From contig JBHPDT010000002.1 in NCBI GenBank assembly GCA_042577545.1, forward strand, positions 1,574 through 65,573: 64,000 nucleotides of DNA. The letters are read 5' to 3'. Positions 43,200-53,391 of this stretch are shown here, piece by piece. The stretch is from Candidatus Omnitrophota bacterium (GTDB lineage: Bacteria > Omnitrophota > Gorgyraeia > JABMRG01). Below the pieces are notes generated by a model, which saw only the letters and a program-made list of their open reading frames with translations, did not search any database and was not told the DNA's origin. The number at the start of each line of letters is the position of its first letter. Positions within the stretch are counted from its first letter, which is position 1. A program made the translations under genes and the position numbers.

Positions 43200-44162
43200 T
43201 TATCTCCGTCTTGCCCTTATGAATCCTGAGCAAGGTATTATCTTCAATCTATTCTTCTTATCAACAGCATCGATAAGCAAATTCATGCCGACATTATCGC
43301 TGGAGATGTGACCAGCTAGCAGGATATTTAAGGAATGCTTCTGCGCCTGTTTGAAATGCTCCTCACTCATATGCATTCCAACGATAGTCTTTACCCCTGC
43401 TTTAGTCATTGCGGAAAATATCTTTTTAGGCCCTTCTGTTCCGCCCGTCATCTCAAGCGCTATCTTCCCACAGCGGTTGCTCATCTTGCCTGAGATTAAC
43501 TTTGGGCCCGAATGGCCCAATTTGGCATATTTATATTCAGGCTCATTCATCAGAATATCCACTATGCATCCAACCGTCTTTGGTTTATTCTTCTTTAATA
43601 ATCCGTTCAGATAATCAGAAACACAATTATCCGCAACAGTATGAGTGCACATATAGGCTATATTTAGAAGTTTCGCGGCATCGACCGGACGCATAGCGTT
43701 GCCGGGGTGAACTTTTCTCGCGATCTCGGATATTCTATCATCGAGCATCTTAGCCGCCTTTTTGCTCTTAATACCTAGAGATCTTAATATATCGTGTTGT
43801 ACATTCATTACCTCATAAAAAATTGAGCGCGCAAATCCCTGAGGATGATGCGAGATTACAAGATCTATCTTCTTGCCTTTTTTGCGTAAGCTATCCGCTA
43901 AAAGAAGCTCTGGTGTCTCAGCATCAATTCCGACCATAATATTTTTTATATCTTTGTTACCATCACTAAACAGAAGCCGCGTATCGCTATAGGGGTTCTT
44001 GAGTTTCTCCGTATCGAAGAACTCCTTTTCATCTGATGGTAAACCGCTATATTCCTTGTTAATCTTAGCAAGATATGCCTTAACGCCCTTTATGCCGCGC
44101 GGATCCCTTTTAATACCCTCCTCAATTACAGAATCATAAAAGTCCTTTAGCTTCAAATCCAT
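43200..44162 (-). CDS. Nif3-family (DUF34, YqfO-like) dinuclear metal centre protein
   Basis: Conserved ISHHP and AGHISSD motifs, with the usual neighbourhood of dnaG and rpoD. Confidence 0.55.
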   Translation of the reverse strand: MDLKLKDFYDSVIEEGIKRDPRGIKGVKAYLAKINKEYSGLPSDEKEFFDTEKLKNPYSDTRLLFSDGNKDIKNIMVGIDAETPELLLADSLRKKGKKIDLVISHHPQGFARSIFYEVMNVQHDILRSLGIKSKKAAKMLDDRISEIARKVHPGNAMRPVDAAKLLNIAYMCTHTVADNCVSDYLNGLLKKNKPKTVGCIVDILMNEPEYKYAKLGHSGPKLISGKMSNRCGKIALEMTGGTEGPKKIFSAMTKAGVKTIVGMHMSEEHFKQAQKHSLNILLAGHISSDNVGMNLLIDAVDKKNRLKIIPCSGFIRARRR

Positions 44163-44183
44163 CTCCTTTTGGTTAATAAAATA

Positions 44184-44753
44184 CTAGGAAGGCTTTCTCT
44201 TCTTTTCCTTAAAAGCAGGCATGTTATGGAATATAGAGGTCTCGGTTCTGGATTCAGGTAACCAGAATGTCAAGCCCTTGTATGTTCTGTTAGCAGCCTT
44301 GATAATAAATATTCCTGAATACGACTTATCGTAAATACTATCTGAGATATATGACACAGGCAAAAAACCTAAAGCCAACAACAATATGCCCGCGATAATA
44401 ATCCCTCTACCTAAGCCAAGGATACCTCCGCCTATCCTCTCAAGCTGAGGTATAAACTGAATATTCAATATCTTAAAAATCAAGGCTATCCCATATTTGA
44501 ATACCACTCTTATTAATTGCGCGATAATAACAAAGCAAGTAAACTGAGCAATCCAAACTGGAAGATTTAAATTGATAACTAAGATATCAGCTACTCGAGA
44601 ATACCACTGCGTAGCTATTACCAAGCTTAAGATTATACCAAAAAAATTAAACAACTCGGCAGTAAGACCCTTCTTAGCACCAAGAAAAACAGCGCGTAGT
44701 AGTAATACTATTACTACTATATCAACCCAATTAATATATTTGAGGAATTCCAT
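44184..44753 (-). CDS. CvpA-family membrane protein
   Basis: Four-TM small membrane protein with a CvpA-like N-terminus (WVDIVVIVLLLRAVFLGAKKG). Confidence 0.45.
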   Translation of the reverse strand: MEFLKYINWVDIVVIVLLLRAVFLGAKKGLTAELFNFFGIILSLVIATQWYSRVADILVINLNLPVWIAQFTCFVIIAQLIRVVFKYGIALIFKILNIQFIPQLERIGGGILGLGRGIIIAGILLLALGFLPVSYISDSIYDKSYSGIFIIKAANRTYKGLTFWLPESRTETSIFHNMPAFKEKKRKPS

Positions 44754-44889
44754 AATCTATACGGGAAAACTCGGTTTGCTATAACACATATTATAAAATG
44801 TGTTAAAAATATACCATATATATATAGAAAAGTCAAGGTTTTGCCCTGGCAAAACCGCAGTCCCGAACAAAAATTTGCTAGTTTAACTG

Positions 44890-45033
44890 CGCATATAATT
44901 TTGGTTGCGGGACAAGGCCACAGCCCCGTAACAAATTTTGCTCGCATGGGTTCTGACCTTAAATTTGGTTCTGGGCCACAGCCCCGTAACAAATTTTGCT
45001 CGCATGGGTTCTGACCTTAAATTTGGTTCGGGG
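44890..45033. repeat. Tandem P-family elements (2 x ~58 bp plus a partial unit): CCACAGCCCCGTAACAAATTTTGCTCGCATGGGTTCTGACCTTAAATTTGGTTC.GGG
   Basis: Read directly. The repeat generates the spurious overlapping ORFs 44717..44992 and 44883..45074, which share the identical translation EPNLRSEPMRAKFVTGLWP. Confidence 0.7.
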
Positions 45034-45082
45034 TGCTCATCACTTGGTTCAGCGTCATTCATATTATTAGACACTATAAAAA

Positions 45083-46936
45083 CTACTTAAAATACCTCAA
45101 AAGATCGCGCGCAGGCTCAAACTCTCTATCGAGATCGAGGGTCGTCTCCAGCTCCTCCTTTGACTCCCTTAATCGCCCTTCTCTGCCATATATCACACCA
45201 AGATTATAATGGGTCTTCGCATTCAATGGATCCAGTTCTATTGCTAATCTATATTCTTTGATAGCCAAGGAGTGAATCTTTTTCTTAGAAAAGATATTAC
45301 CAAGATTATTGTGAGCCATAGCGATATTAGGATTTAACGCTATAGCTTTCTTATACTCAGACTCGGCTCTCCCTAGATCACCCTTTCTCTCAAAGACTAA
45401 TCCTAAATTAATGTAAGCATATGGGTAATTAGGATCTATTGATAAGGACTTACGTAACATAACTTGCCCCTGAGATAATCTATTTTGAGCAATATATATA
45501 TAGCCGATATCATTATACGGCTTGGGGTCTGAACTATCAAGCTCTATGGCTCTATTCAAAGCCGCGATCGCCTCATCCCACCTGCTATTATCCATAAGAA
45601 TGGTTCCAAGATTGACATATCCGCTAGAAACAACTTCGATCCCGGTAGGATAATTTACTATAACCCCTAAAACCAAAAGCGCGCACATAGCTTTTGTGAG
45701 ATGACCGACATCCCTAGATTTAACCTTTTGGATTATCCAGGAAATAGTATATCCTGAAAATATCATTAGCATCATTGCCAAAGGCAGCCTGTATCTTGAG
45801 TTGACAAAATATATAACAATAGATAACGTGTATGAGGCAATAAATATATATAAAGGCATCAACTCCCTCCACCGCCTAGCCGAAAGCAATATGCCTAAAA
45901 TGCCCAGAGGTCCGATAAGAAAGAAACTGAAAAAAGGCAGTTTTAGCAAGCGTATAAAATCAGCATATACGGGATAATACGCTGCGTCATATAACTCCTG
46001 GCTATTGAAGGTCAATCTTAACTTGAGAATTAAAAGTTTTAAAAATTTCGCGGGATTTTTTTTCATAAAATCTATCGCCTTATGAAAATAGTATCTAGAA
46101 ACTTCGCCTTCGCTCAACGTACGATTAAGATCTCTCTCCGCGATTGTTTTCGCGTCCCTCTTCATACCCTCTATATTGGTCCTTGACCATTCAGGGGCTT
46201 TGTATGTGCCGTCAGCTTTTTCATTATTACCAATAAAAAAGTTAATACCTGAATGCGAAGTCAAAAAAACCAGGTCTCCTGAGACCACAAGGTTTCTTAT
46301 GGTAACAGGCAGGATAATACAGATCAATCCCAAAAATCCTATCAAGACCCTTAATGCGGTTCCTTTTCTCTCTTTGGCCTTTAATAAAAACCAGAAGAAT
46401 ATGGCTGGTATGAACAATAATATGCCAGCGCGGGATAAAGATGCCAATCCAAGCAATAGGCCTAAGGTAAAAAATCTAATGAAAGTTTCTTTTTCAATTA
46501 TCAGTAGAATACATAATATTACCAAGCAATAAAGAAATATGGCCACACTGGAAGGCGCTAGAAGCCCGCTATAAAAAATAAGAGGGCCGTACAAAGCAGC
46601 TATGACTCCAGCGCAGATACCAGCTATATTACCAAAAAGCTTCTTTGTTACAAGATATATAAGCAGGCAGCTTAAGGAGGCGAGTATAATAGAGAACAAG
46701 CGCGGAATTAACAGATTATACCCAAACACTTTATATAAGAATCCCAACAAGTAGGGAAATAGCGGCAGCGCCTCGAACGCGCTGTTACCCATCCCTTCAC
46801 CAGACGCTATCTTCCTGGCCCATAAATTATAGAATGATTCATCAAGCAAAAAATTGCTGTAAAAAATAGTGGATTTAAGCTGGATAATATAGACTAATCG
46901 TACTGCAAAAGATAAAATAAGTAGGGATATAACCAT
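45083..46936 (-). CDS. PMT/ArnT-family membrane glycosyltransferase with a C-terminal TPR repeat domain
   Basis: N-terminal ~400 aa polytopic GT-C-like domain, and a C-terminal ~200 aa with at least 5 TPR units (the AIALNPNIAMAHNNLGNIF type). Confidence 0.6.
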   Translation of the reverse strand: MVISLLILSFAVRLVYIIQLKSTIFYSNFLLDESFYNLWARKIASGEGMGNSAFEALPLFPYLLGFLYKVFGYNLLIPRLFSIILASLSCLLIYLVTKKLFGNIAGICAGVIAALYGPLIFYSGLLAPSSVAIFLYCLVILCILLIIEKETFIRFFTLGLLLGLASLSRAGILLFIPAIFFWFLLKAKERKGTALRVLIGFLGLICIILPVTIRNLVVSGDLVFLTSHSGINFFIGNNEKADGTYKAPEWSRTNIEGMKRDAKTIAERDLNRTLSEGEVSRYYFHKAIDFMKKNPAKFLKLLILKLRLTFNSQELYDAAYYPVYADFIRLLKLPFFSFFLIGPLGILGILLSARRWRELMPLYIFIASYTLSIVIYFVNSRYRLPLAMMLMIFSGYTISWIIQKVKSRDVGHLTKAMCALLVLGVIVNYPTGIEVVSSGYVNLGTILMDNSRWDEAIAALNRAIELDSSDPKPYNDIGYIYIAQNRLSQGQVMLRKSLSIDPNYPYAYINLGLVFERKGDLGRAESEYKKAIALNPNIAMAHNNLGNIFSKKKIHSLAIKEYRLAIELDPLNAKTHYNLGVIYGREGRLRESKEELETTLDLDREFEPARDLLRYFK

Positions 46937-49017
46937 TAATTTTTTTTCACTTCATCAGAATTTTTCAGAGTCTTGATAAACGCCTCTACGACAATAGGGT
47001 CAAACTGTGTGCCTGCTTTATCCTTAATCTCCTTTATCGCAACACTTCTTCGTAAGGCCTTTCTGTGCGGTCTATCAGAGATCATAGTATCATAAGTATT
47101 AGCAACAGCGATTATGCGTGAGACTACAGGTATCTCTTTACCTTTCAGCCCATCGGGGTAGCCTGTTCCGTCAAAATTTTCATGATGATGGCGTATTAAG
47201 TCAAAGGCCCCGCCTATCTCTTTAATAGGCTGCAGTATACTCTCTCCTATTATGGCATGGCGTTTAAGCTCCGCTTCCTCTTCGCCTGTAAGGCTATCCT
47301 GTTTATTAAGTATCTTATCAGAGATACCTATCTTACCAACATCATGCAATAGGGCGGCTATGTGCAAATTATCGTAAATCTGTTGATTGAACTTTACATC
47401 AGGAATAAGCTTCTCTAATTCTTTAGCAATGACTGCTGAATACTCAGCTACCTTCAGCGCATGTGTATGGGTAAAGCCATCTTTAGCGTCAATAGCAAAG
47501 GAGAAAGCTGAAGCGGCATCTATAAAAAGTTTATGCTCATCCTTATATAGATGCTTTAGAGTTTCGACCCTCTTCTTTAACTCTTCATACATGCGCGCGT
47601 TCTCAAATGCTATAGCAGCATTGTTAGAGAGTGTGGACAACAATGAAAAATCCTCGGCCAAATAATGTTCACCCGAAAGCTTCGTTCCCAAAACCAAGAA
47701 ACCGATCATCTCCCCTCTTAAAAAACTTGGGATACAAACAGCTGCGCCCAGCTCATCCATCTCTGCCTTCATCTGATCTAAAGTCTTTTTTAAGACCAGG
47801 CGCCGCATAAATAACTTCTTTCCATTAAGCCAGTTAATTAGCATATCATTATCGAGGGGCTGCTTCTTCTCTATTAGCCATCTAATAAAAGTAGAATCTC
47901 CTCTGATATTTGCCGCAATCTTACGTCCAGCAAAGCCCCTAATGACCTCGCACTTATAAAGACCGCTTGTTTTGTCGACCAGATATATGGCGCAACCGGT
48001 AACCCTTATATTCTTCGATATTAGATGGGCCATTAATGTAAGCAGTTTCTTTGTATTTGTAATTAGCGTCATGCCTTTTGCGGCATTCTTTAGAATCAGA
48101 AGATAGTCATATCTACGTTGGTATAAGGCCTTATCTGTAAGCATAGCAAGCAGATCCTCTAAAGGGCGGACAGAGATTGTTATAATAAAAAGCGCGGCTA
48201 TAGGTATAATCCAGGGATTGAGGTTAAAATATATAGACAAGAGCTGCTGACTAAAAAATATCAACAGAACAAATATCCCAACTACCGCACCGTAAAGCAG
48301 AGAAAATACCAATGTTCTTCTTTTAATAAGTTCTATCTCCATCAGCTGGACCGTATAAGTCGCTGTTATTATAAAAAGATTTGATGCAACCACCATATAA
48401 AGCGCCATCGGGCTAAGTACCGGTATGCGCACACCATAGAGCGTCAAATACGATATACCTCCACCGAGAAATCCTAAGATGCCAGATAGCGAAACATATT
48501 TTAACTGCCTCTTTCCAAGCTCGGTTAAGTGTCTGTATCTCTTATATGATATATAATACGCATATGCCGGATAGGTGACAAAGTATACTATAAACAACCA
48601 ATATAGATTAGTTGGGTTAGGATATATAAGACCGAGTTCAGCGGATGCGGATCGCGTAAAATATGAAAAAAGATGTGAAAGCGCGAATATACAGGCAAAG
48701 GCATATCCTATGACTATTGGTAACTTCTTCTGATGTTCTATATTTATAACATTCGCGACAAAATGGAAATAACATATAGGGACTAGCGCTGCTCCCAAGT
48801 GCAATAGTCTACCCCAAAAGATAAGAGATCTCTCGTTTGGGGAGGCGGTGATCATATATATGCCAAAAGACCAGATGGCTGTGGAGATCATAAAGAAAAG
48901 ATAGCTTCGCGCAATCTTGTTTCCACGACCTCGGACAAATATAAGAAGACCCAATACTAATGTCAACCCTATGGTTATCAATGAGCCGAACATATAATTT
49001 ATTTGATAATAGAACAT
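46936..49017 (-). CDS. Membrane sensor (7TM) - GAF - HD-GYP cyclic-di-GMP phosphodiesterase, paralog 1
   Basis: C-terminal HDVGKIGI ... HHENFDGTGYP HD-GYP signature; multi-TM N-terminal domain. Confidence 0.75.
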   Translation of the reverse strand: MFYYQINYMFGSLITIGLTLVLGLLIFVRGRGNKIARSYLFFMISTAIWSFGIYMITASPNERSLIFWGRLLHLGAALVPICYFHFVANVINIEHQKKLPIVIGYAFACIFALSHLFSYFTRSASAELGLIYPNPTNLYWLFIVYFVTYPAYAYYISYKRYRHLTELGKRQLKYVSLSGILGFLGGGISYLTLYGVRIPVLSPMALYMVVASNLFIITATYTVQLMEIELIKRRTLVFSLLYGAVVGIFVLLIFFSQQLLSIYFNLNPWIIPIAALFIITISVRPLEDLLAMLTDKALYQRRYDYLLILKNAAKGMTLITNTKKLLTLMAHLISKNIRVTGCAIYLVDKTSGLYKCEVIRGFAGRKIAANIRGDSTFIRWLIEKKQPLDNDMLINWLNGKKLFMRRLVLKKTLDQMKAEMDELGAAVCIPSFLRGEMIGFLVLGTKLSGEHYLAEDFSLLSTLSNNAAIAFENARMYEELKKRVETLKHLYKDEHKLFIDAASAFSFAIDAKDGFTHTHALKVAEYSAVIAKELEKLIPDVKFNQQIYDNLHIAALLHDVGKIGISDKILNKQDSLTGEEEAELKRHAIIGESILQPIKEIGGAFDLIRHHHENFDGTGYPDGLKGKEIPVVSRIIAVANTYDTMISDRPHRKALRRSVAIKEIKDKAGTQFDPIVVEAFIKTLKNSDEVKKN

Positions 49018-49034
49018 AGATATACTACCCTCTC

Positions 49035-51137
49035 CTACTCATCATATCCAACCTTTACGCTATCCTTACTTCTTCGCTTTATCTCTCCAGCTTCAAATGT
49101 TCTTAAGAAAGCCGCGACTACATATGGATCAAACTGAGATCCGCTATTATTTCTAATCTCATCCTTCGCGACCTCATCCCTAAGGCCCTTACGGTAAGGC
49201 CTGTCTGATGTCATCGCGTCATACGTATCCGCTACCGCGATAATTCGCGACATAAAAGGCACATCGCTCTTCGCCAGACCCTCGGGGTAACCTTTGCCAT
49301 CATATCGTTCATGATGGTGCCTAATAGCGCTTACTATATCCCGCAAACCTTTTATATGAAAGATGATCTCCCCGCCTATTACGGGGTGTTTCTCCATCTC
49401 TCTCTGCTCTTCCTTATCGAGCTTTGAGGGTTTATGCAGCACATCATCCGGTATTCCTATTTTTCCTATATCATGCAATACCGCCGCGATTTGCAATTTC
49501 TGTCTAAACGCGGGTGTCTGCTGCACCTCGGGCATTGGTCCGAAGTTCTTTAATATTGCTAGACTATAATTAGTCACTCTTTCAGAATGACCATGAGTAT
49601 AAGGATCTCTGGCGTCTATAGCAGCGGCAAAAGCAACTGAGGCATGGAGGAAAAGCCTATGCTCTCTCGTGTAAAGAGTCTCTATCTCATTAGCCCTATC
49701 TTCTAGCTCCGCATATAACTGGGAATTCTTTATAGCTATGGCTGCTTCGTCAGCTAGCGCCTTGAAAAAATTAAAATCATCATGCGTAAATAGATCATTT
49801 GATATCTTTCTTCCTAAGACAAGTATGCCTAATAACTGTTCCCTGTAAAAACTGGGGATACAGACATTCGCGTTTAAGACCTCCATGTGCTCTTTAACCT
49901 GAATTAAATCAGAGGTAAGCATGCCCTTGACTGACTCCCCCTTCTTCTCTTTGGCCCATCCAACTATATCACTGAACAGGAGAGGTTCCTTCTTCTCTCT
50001 CAGCCATTCGATAAACGGATCGCTATCCTTAAAAATGAATCCACCGCTCTTAGGACTCTTCTTTCCTCTCGATGCCCTAAGCCTGTATTCCTTGAATTTC
50101 TCATCATATATAATAATAGATACATTATCGAGCTTCATCTTCATTACCACCATGTGCACTATCATCTGAAGAAGCTGCTTTGGATTATGTATTGTTGCCA
50201 TGCCAGCCGCGGCATCCTCAAGCACCTTCTGATACTCATGCCTTCTTCTGAATATACTTTTACCCAATGTAGCAAATATAAACCGTTCTATCGGCCGAAC
50301 GGCAAAGGTTACTATCAACAGCGCCATCGACGGAACCAGCCAGTCATTTTCACCAATATATGGAGTGAGAATCTGCTGCCCAAGCATCATTGCTAGTACA
50401 AAAATTCCTATTGAAAATCCAAATATACCGGCTAATACAGCTGTCTCTCTTATTATAATCTCAACACCCATTAAGCGGTATCGAAGTATGGCATAAATTA
50501 TAACAACATCAAAGACCAAAACAAGGTATAGCCCATATGGATATATGAATGGTACACAAATATTGTAAGTTGTGCAAAATACGCTGGCAAATCCTATAAA
50601 TCCTATCGGCGATGCTATAATTATGTTTCTAAATTGCTTACTGTTATCTCTGCTCTCACGGCAGTATTTAATCAATAGATAGTAAGCATAAAAAAATACA
50701 TTAAAAAAATAGATAATAAAAGCGGGATAAAAAAGCCCGGGCCGGCCCCAATGCGCCGAGTGTCTCTTTATTGATATTGAAGTAAAGAATCCAGAATTCA
50801 GAGTCAAAATAGAAAAAAACAGCGCTCCTAAAACAACTAGCCCTATATATCTTTTTTCCACTTCTTTTAAGCTAATCAGTGATAAGATAAATAGCAGATA
50901 AAGCCCAGGTATAAAAGAGAGGCCTATGTGGGAGAAACGAATCCAAAATAGGCGGGCATCAGAGACCTTAGATATCATAAAAAAGAATATAGCTATCGCC
51001 CAAATGGCGGTAGCTATATTCAAGAGTCCAAAGAAAAGATTAACCTCCGATATCTTGCCTTTTCGAAGAGCAAAGATACCTATAGAGGAGCAGATTAGAA
51101 ATATCAGAAATGGGGCTAACTGATAATTTATTCCCAT
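49035..51137 (-). CDS. Membrane sensor (7TM) - GAF - HD-GYP phosphodiesterase, paralog 2
   Basis: HDIGKIGI ... HHERYDGKGYP, with the same architecture as the upstream paralog. Confidence 0.75.
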   Translation of the reverse strand: MGINYQLAPFLIFLICSSIGIFALRKGKISEVNLFFGLLNIATAIWAIAIFFFMISKVSDARLFWIRFSHIGLSFIPGLYLLFILSLISLKEVEKRYIGLVVLGALFFSILTLNSGFFTSISIKRHSAHWGRPGLFYPAFIIYFFNVFFYAYYLLIKYCRESRDNSKQFRNIIIASPIGFIGFASVFCTTYNICVPFIYPYGLYLVLVFDVVIIYAILRYRLMGVEIIIRETAVLAGIFGFSIGIFVLAMMLGQQILTPYIGENDWLVPSMALLIVTFAVRPIERFIFATLGKSIFRRRHEYQKVLEDAAAGMATIHNPKQLLQMIVHMVVMKMKLDNVSIIIYDEKFKEYRLRASRGKKSPKSGGFIFKDSDPFIEWLREKKEPLLFSDIVGWAKEKKGESVKGMLTSDLIQVKEHMEVLNANVCIPSFYREQLLGILVLGRKISNDLFTHDDFNFFKALADEAAIAIKNSQLYAELEDRANEIETLYTREHRLFLHASVAFAAAIDARDPYTHGHSERVTNYSLAILKNFGPMPEVQQTPAFRQKLQIAAVLHDIGKIGIPDDVLHKPSKLDKEEQREMEKHPVIGGEIIFHIKGLRDIVSAIRHHHERYDGKGYPEGLAKSDVPFMSRIIAVADTYDAMTSDRPYRKGLRDEVAKDEIRNNSGSQFDPYVVAAFLRTFEAGEIKRRSKDSVKVGYDE

Positions 51138-51158
51138 GATATTTTATACCAGCCTCAG

Positions 51159-52136
51159 TTATTCTATCTCGCCAACAAGTTCCTCAAGAAGGTCTTCCAT
51201 TGTTAAGAAACCTATTGTCTTACTTTTTGAATCCCTTACTATAGCGAGATTCTGCTTTCTCGACTGCAGAAGTAAAAGCGCATCATCTATATCAACATTA
51301 TGATTCAAATACTCAACCGGCCTTAAAAACTCGGTCAGTAATCTATCTTTATCATGCTCATATACTACATCTAGAATATTTACAATGCCAAGGAACTCTC
51401 CGGCCTGGGAACGTATCGGAAACCTCGAAAAACCTGATTCAATTGCTTTTAGAAGCAGTTTATCTATATGGTCTGTGTCCGAGAGATATACTAGCTCTTT
51501 CGAATCCCTCATAACATCTTTGATTTTCTTTCTACCAAAATCAAATATTTTATAAATGACAGAACGTTCATGCGGATCTATCTCGCCCTCTGCTTCGCTC
51601 TCTCTTATCAGATATTTTATCTCCTCCCTTGTCACAAATAGGCTCTTCTTATTCATAATAGAGGTACCAAATATAACCCTTAAGATCAGATTAACAAAGA
51701 TATTTATAAACCAGACGATGGGATAGAAGATATGCCAGAAAAACTTTAGCACAGACCCGAGATAAAAAGTTATCCTGTCAGCGCTTTGGGAAAAGACCGA
51801 TTTTGGAACGAACTCTCCAAAGACAAGAATTATAGGCGCTAACACTAAAGTGGTAATCCATCCGGAATTTAGGCCATAAGCGCCATAAAGAAGCTTAGTG
51901 CAAAAAGATGACGCCACGACTACAGCGACATTGGTACCAACAAGAGTAGTACCAAGCATCCTGTTTGGGTTCTTAAGCATCTTGTTGATTATTATAGCTT
52001 TTTTATGTTTTGCCTCAGCGAGAATCCTCAACCTGATCCTATTTAGAGATATTACCGCAATCTCAGCGCCGGAGAAAAATCCTTCAAAGAGAATCGCGAC
52101 AAATATTATCACTAGATATATAAAAGTTTCACTCAT
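51159..52136 (-). CDS. CNNM/DUF21 plus CBS-pair membrane protein (CorC/HlyC family, lacking the C-terminal CorC domain)
   Basis: DUF21 TM domain followed by tandem CBS domains. Confidence 0.6.
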   Translation of the reverse strand: MSETFIYLVIIFVAILFEGFFSGAEIAVISLNRIRLRILAEAKHKKAIIINKMLKNPNRMLGTTLVGTNVAVVVASSFCTKLLYGAYGLNSGWITTLVLAPIILVFGEFVPKSVFSQSADRITFYLGSVLKFFWHIFYPIVWFINIFVNLILRVIFGTSIMNKKSLFVTREEIKYLIRESEAEGEIDPHERSVIYKIFDFGRKKIKDVMRDSKELVYLSDTDHIDKLLLKAIESGFSRFPIRSQAGEFLGIVNILDVVYEHDKDRLLTEFLRPVEYLNHNVDIDDALLLLQSRKQNLAIVRDSKSKTIGFLTMEDLLEELVGEIE

Positions 52137-52160
52137 AATAGATTTACCTTAAAAAAATAA

Positions 52161-53387
52161 TCAATGATTAGGTGAGACAAATACAGAAACCTTCATCACC
52201 ATATTATTCTTCACCTCAACAACCCTAAATATGACTCCCTTAAATCTTATTCTCTCACCTGATTTTGGTACCCTCCCAAAAAGCAATAGTAGCAGACCAT
52301 TTATTGTTGTCACCTCTTCCATCGGTAGATTGAGATTGAGCTCCTCGTTAACATCCCTTATAGACGTCTTGCCAACTACCGTATAGGAGTTATCCTTCTC
52401 TCGGCTTATAGGCACGATCTCCTTATCATACTCATCTGTTATTTCGCCAACTATCTCCTCAAGCACGTCCTCAAGAGTTACCAGCCCTGAGGTACCGCCA
52501 AACTCATCGAGCACCACAGCTATATAAACCTTTTGCGAGAGAAACTTCAGTAAGAGATTATCCATCCTCTCTGTCTCAGGCACATATAAGGGTTTCTTTA
52601 TAAATTTCGTAAAATCATCCTTGGCTTTTAACATAAACTCTATCGTATAAACAATACCGACTATACTATCTATTGTCTCCTCAAAGATCGGAATCTTCGT
52701 ATGCTTGGACTCCTTCATTATCTCCTTTAACTCCGAAATTGAGGCGGTCTTTTCGCACCCTATTATATCCACCCGAGGGGTCATAATCTCATCAACGCTG
52801 CGCTCGCCGAGGTTGAACAGTGAGTGGATCATCTCTTCCTCTTCTCTCTCTATAATACCCTCTTTTTTGCTTATAGTCATAAGCGCCTTTAACTCCTTCT
52901 GAGTTATATAGGGCTTAGTATCCTTTCTTATAACAAAGAATGAGATGAATATATCTGATACCAATCGGAGAATTCTTCTCAATGGCCATATAATTTTGCC
53001 GAAGATATGCAGGGGTTTAGAACAAAGGGAAGAAAACCCTTCAGGATCTCTTATGGCATATGTCTTTGGAGTAACCTCTCCAAAAACCAACACAATGAAT
53101 GTCATAAGCACTATAGCGATCCCTACGCCTTTTTCACCAAATAAGGCTAAGGCGATTATAGTTAGAACACTGGTAGCTGTAATATTAACCAGCATATTAC
53201 CAATCAATATTGTGGCAAGAGTCCGACGAGGTGATTCCAATAAAATTGAGATTATTTTACTTCTGGCAGGGTTTTTTGATTGGAGCCTCTTCTTCTGAAA
53301 ACCGGTCAACGAAAACAGCGCAGTCTCAGAACCTGAAAAAAAAGCTGATAATCCTATTAAGACTAAGAATGTAAGAATATGAAGCAT
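52161..53387 (-). CDS. CNNM/DUF21 plus CBS-pair plus CorC_HlyC domain protein (putative Mg/Co efflux)
   Basis: Same family as the neighbouring paralog, with the C-terminal transporter-associated domain present. Confidence 0.65.
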   Translation of the reverse strand: MLHILTFLVLIGLSAFFSGSETALFSLTGFQKKRLQSKNPARSKIISILLESPRRTLATILIGNMLVNITATSVLTIIALALFGEKGVGIAIVLMTFIVLVFGEVTPKTYAIRDPEGFSSLCSKPLHIFGKIIWPLRRILRLVSDIFISFFVIRKDTKPYITQKELKALMTISKKEGIIEREEEEMIHSLFNLGERSVDEIMTPRVDIIGCEKTASISELKEIMKESKHTKIPIFEETIDSIVGIVYTIEFMLKAKDDFTKFIKKPLYVPETERMDNLLLKFLSQKVYIAVVLDEFGGTSGLVTLEDVLEEIVGEITDEYDKEIVPISREKDNSYTVVGKTSIRDVNEELNLNLPMEEVTTINGLLLLLFGRVPKSGERIRFKGVIFRVVEVKNNMVMKVSVFVSPNH

Positions 53388-53391
53388 AAAG

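Noticed and set aside
44717-45074. ORFs 44717..44992 and 44883..45074 as genes
   Set aside because: Both are generated by the tandem P-family repeat and contain the identical peptide segment EPNLRSEPMRAKFVTGLWP. This is a repeat artefact, not coding.
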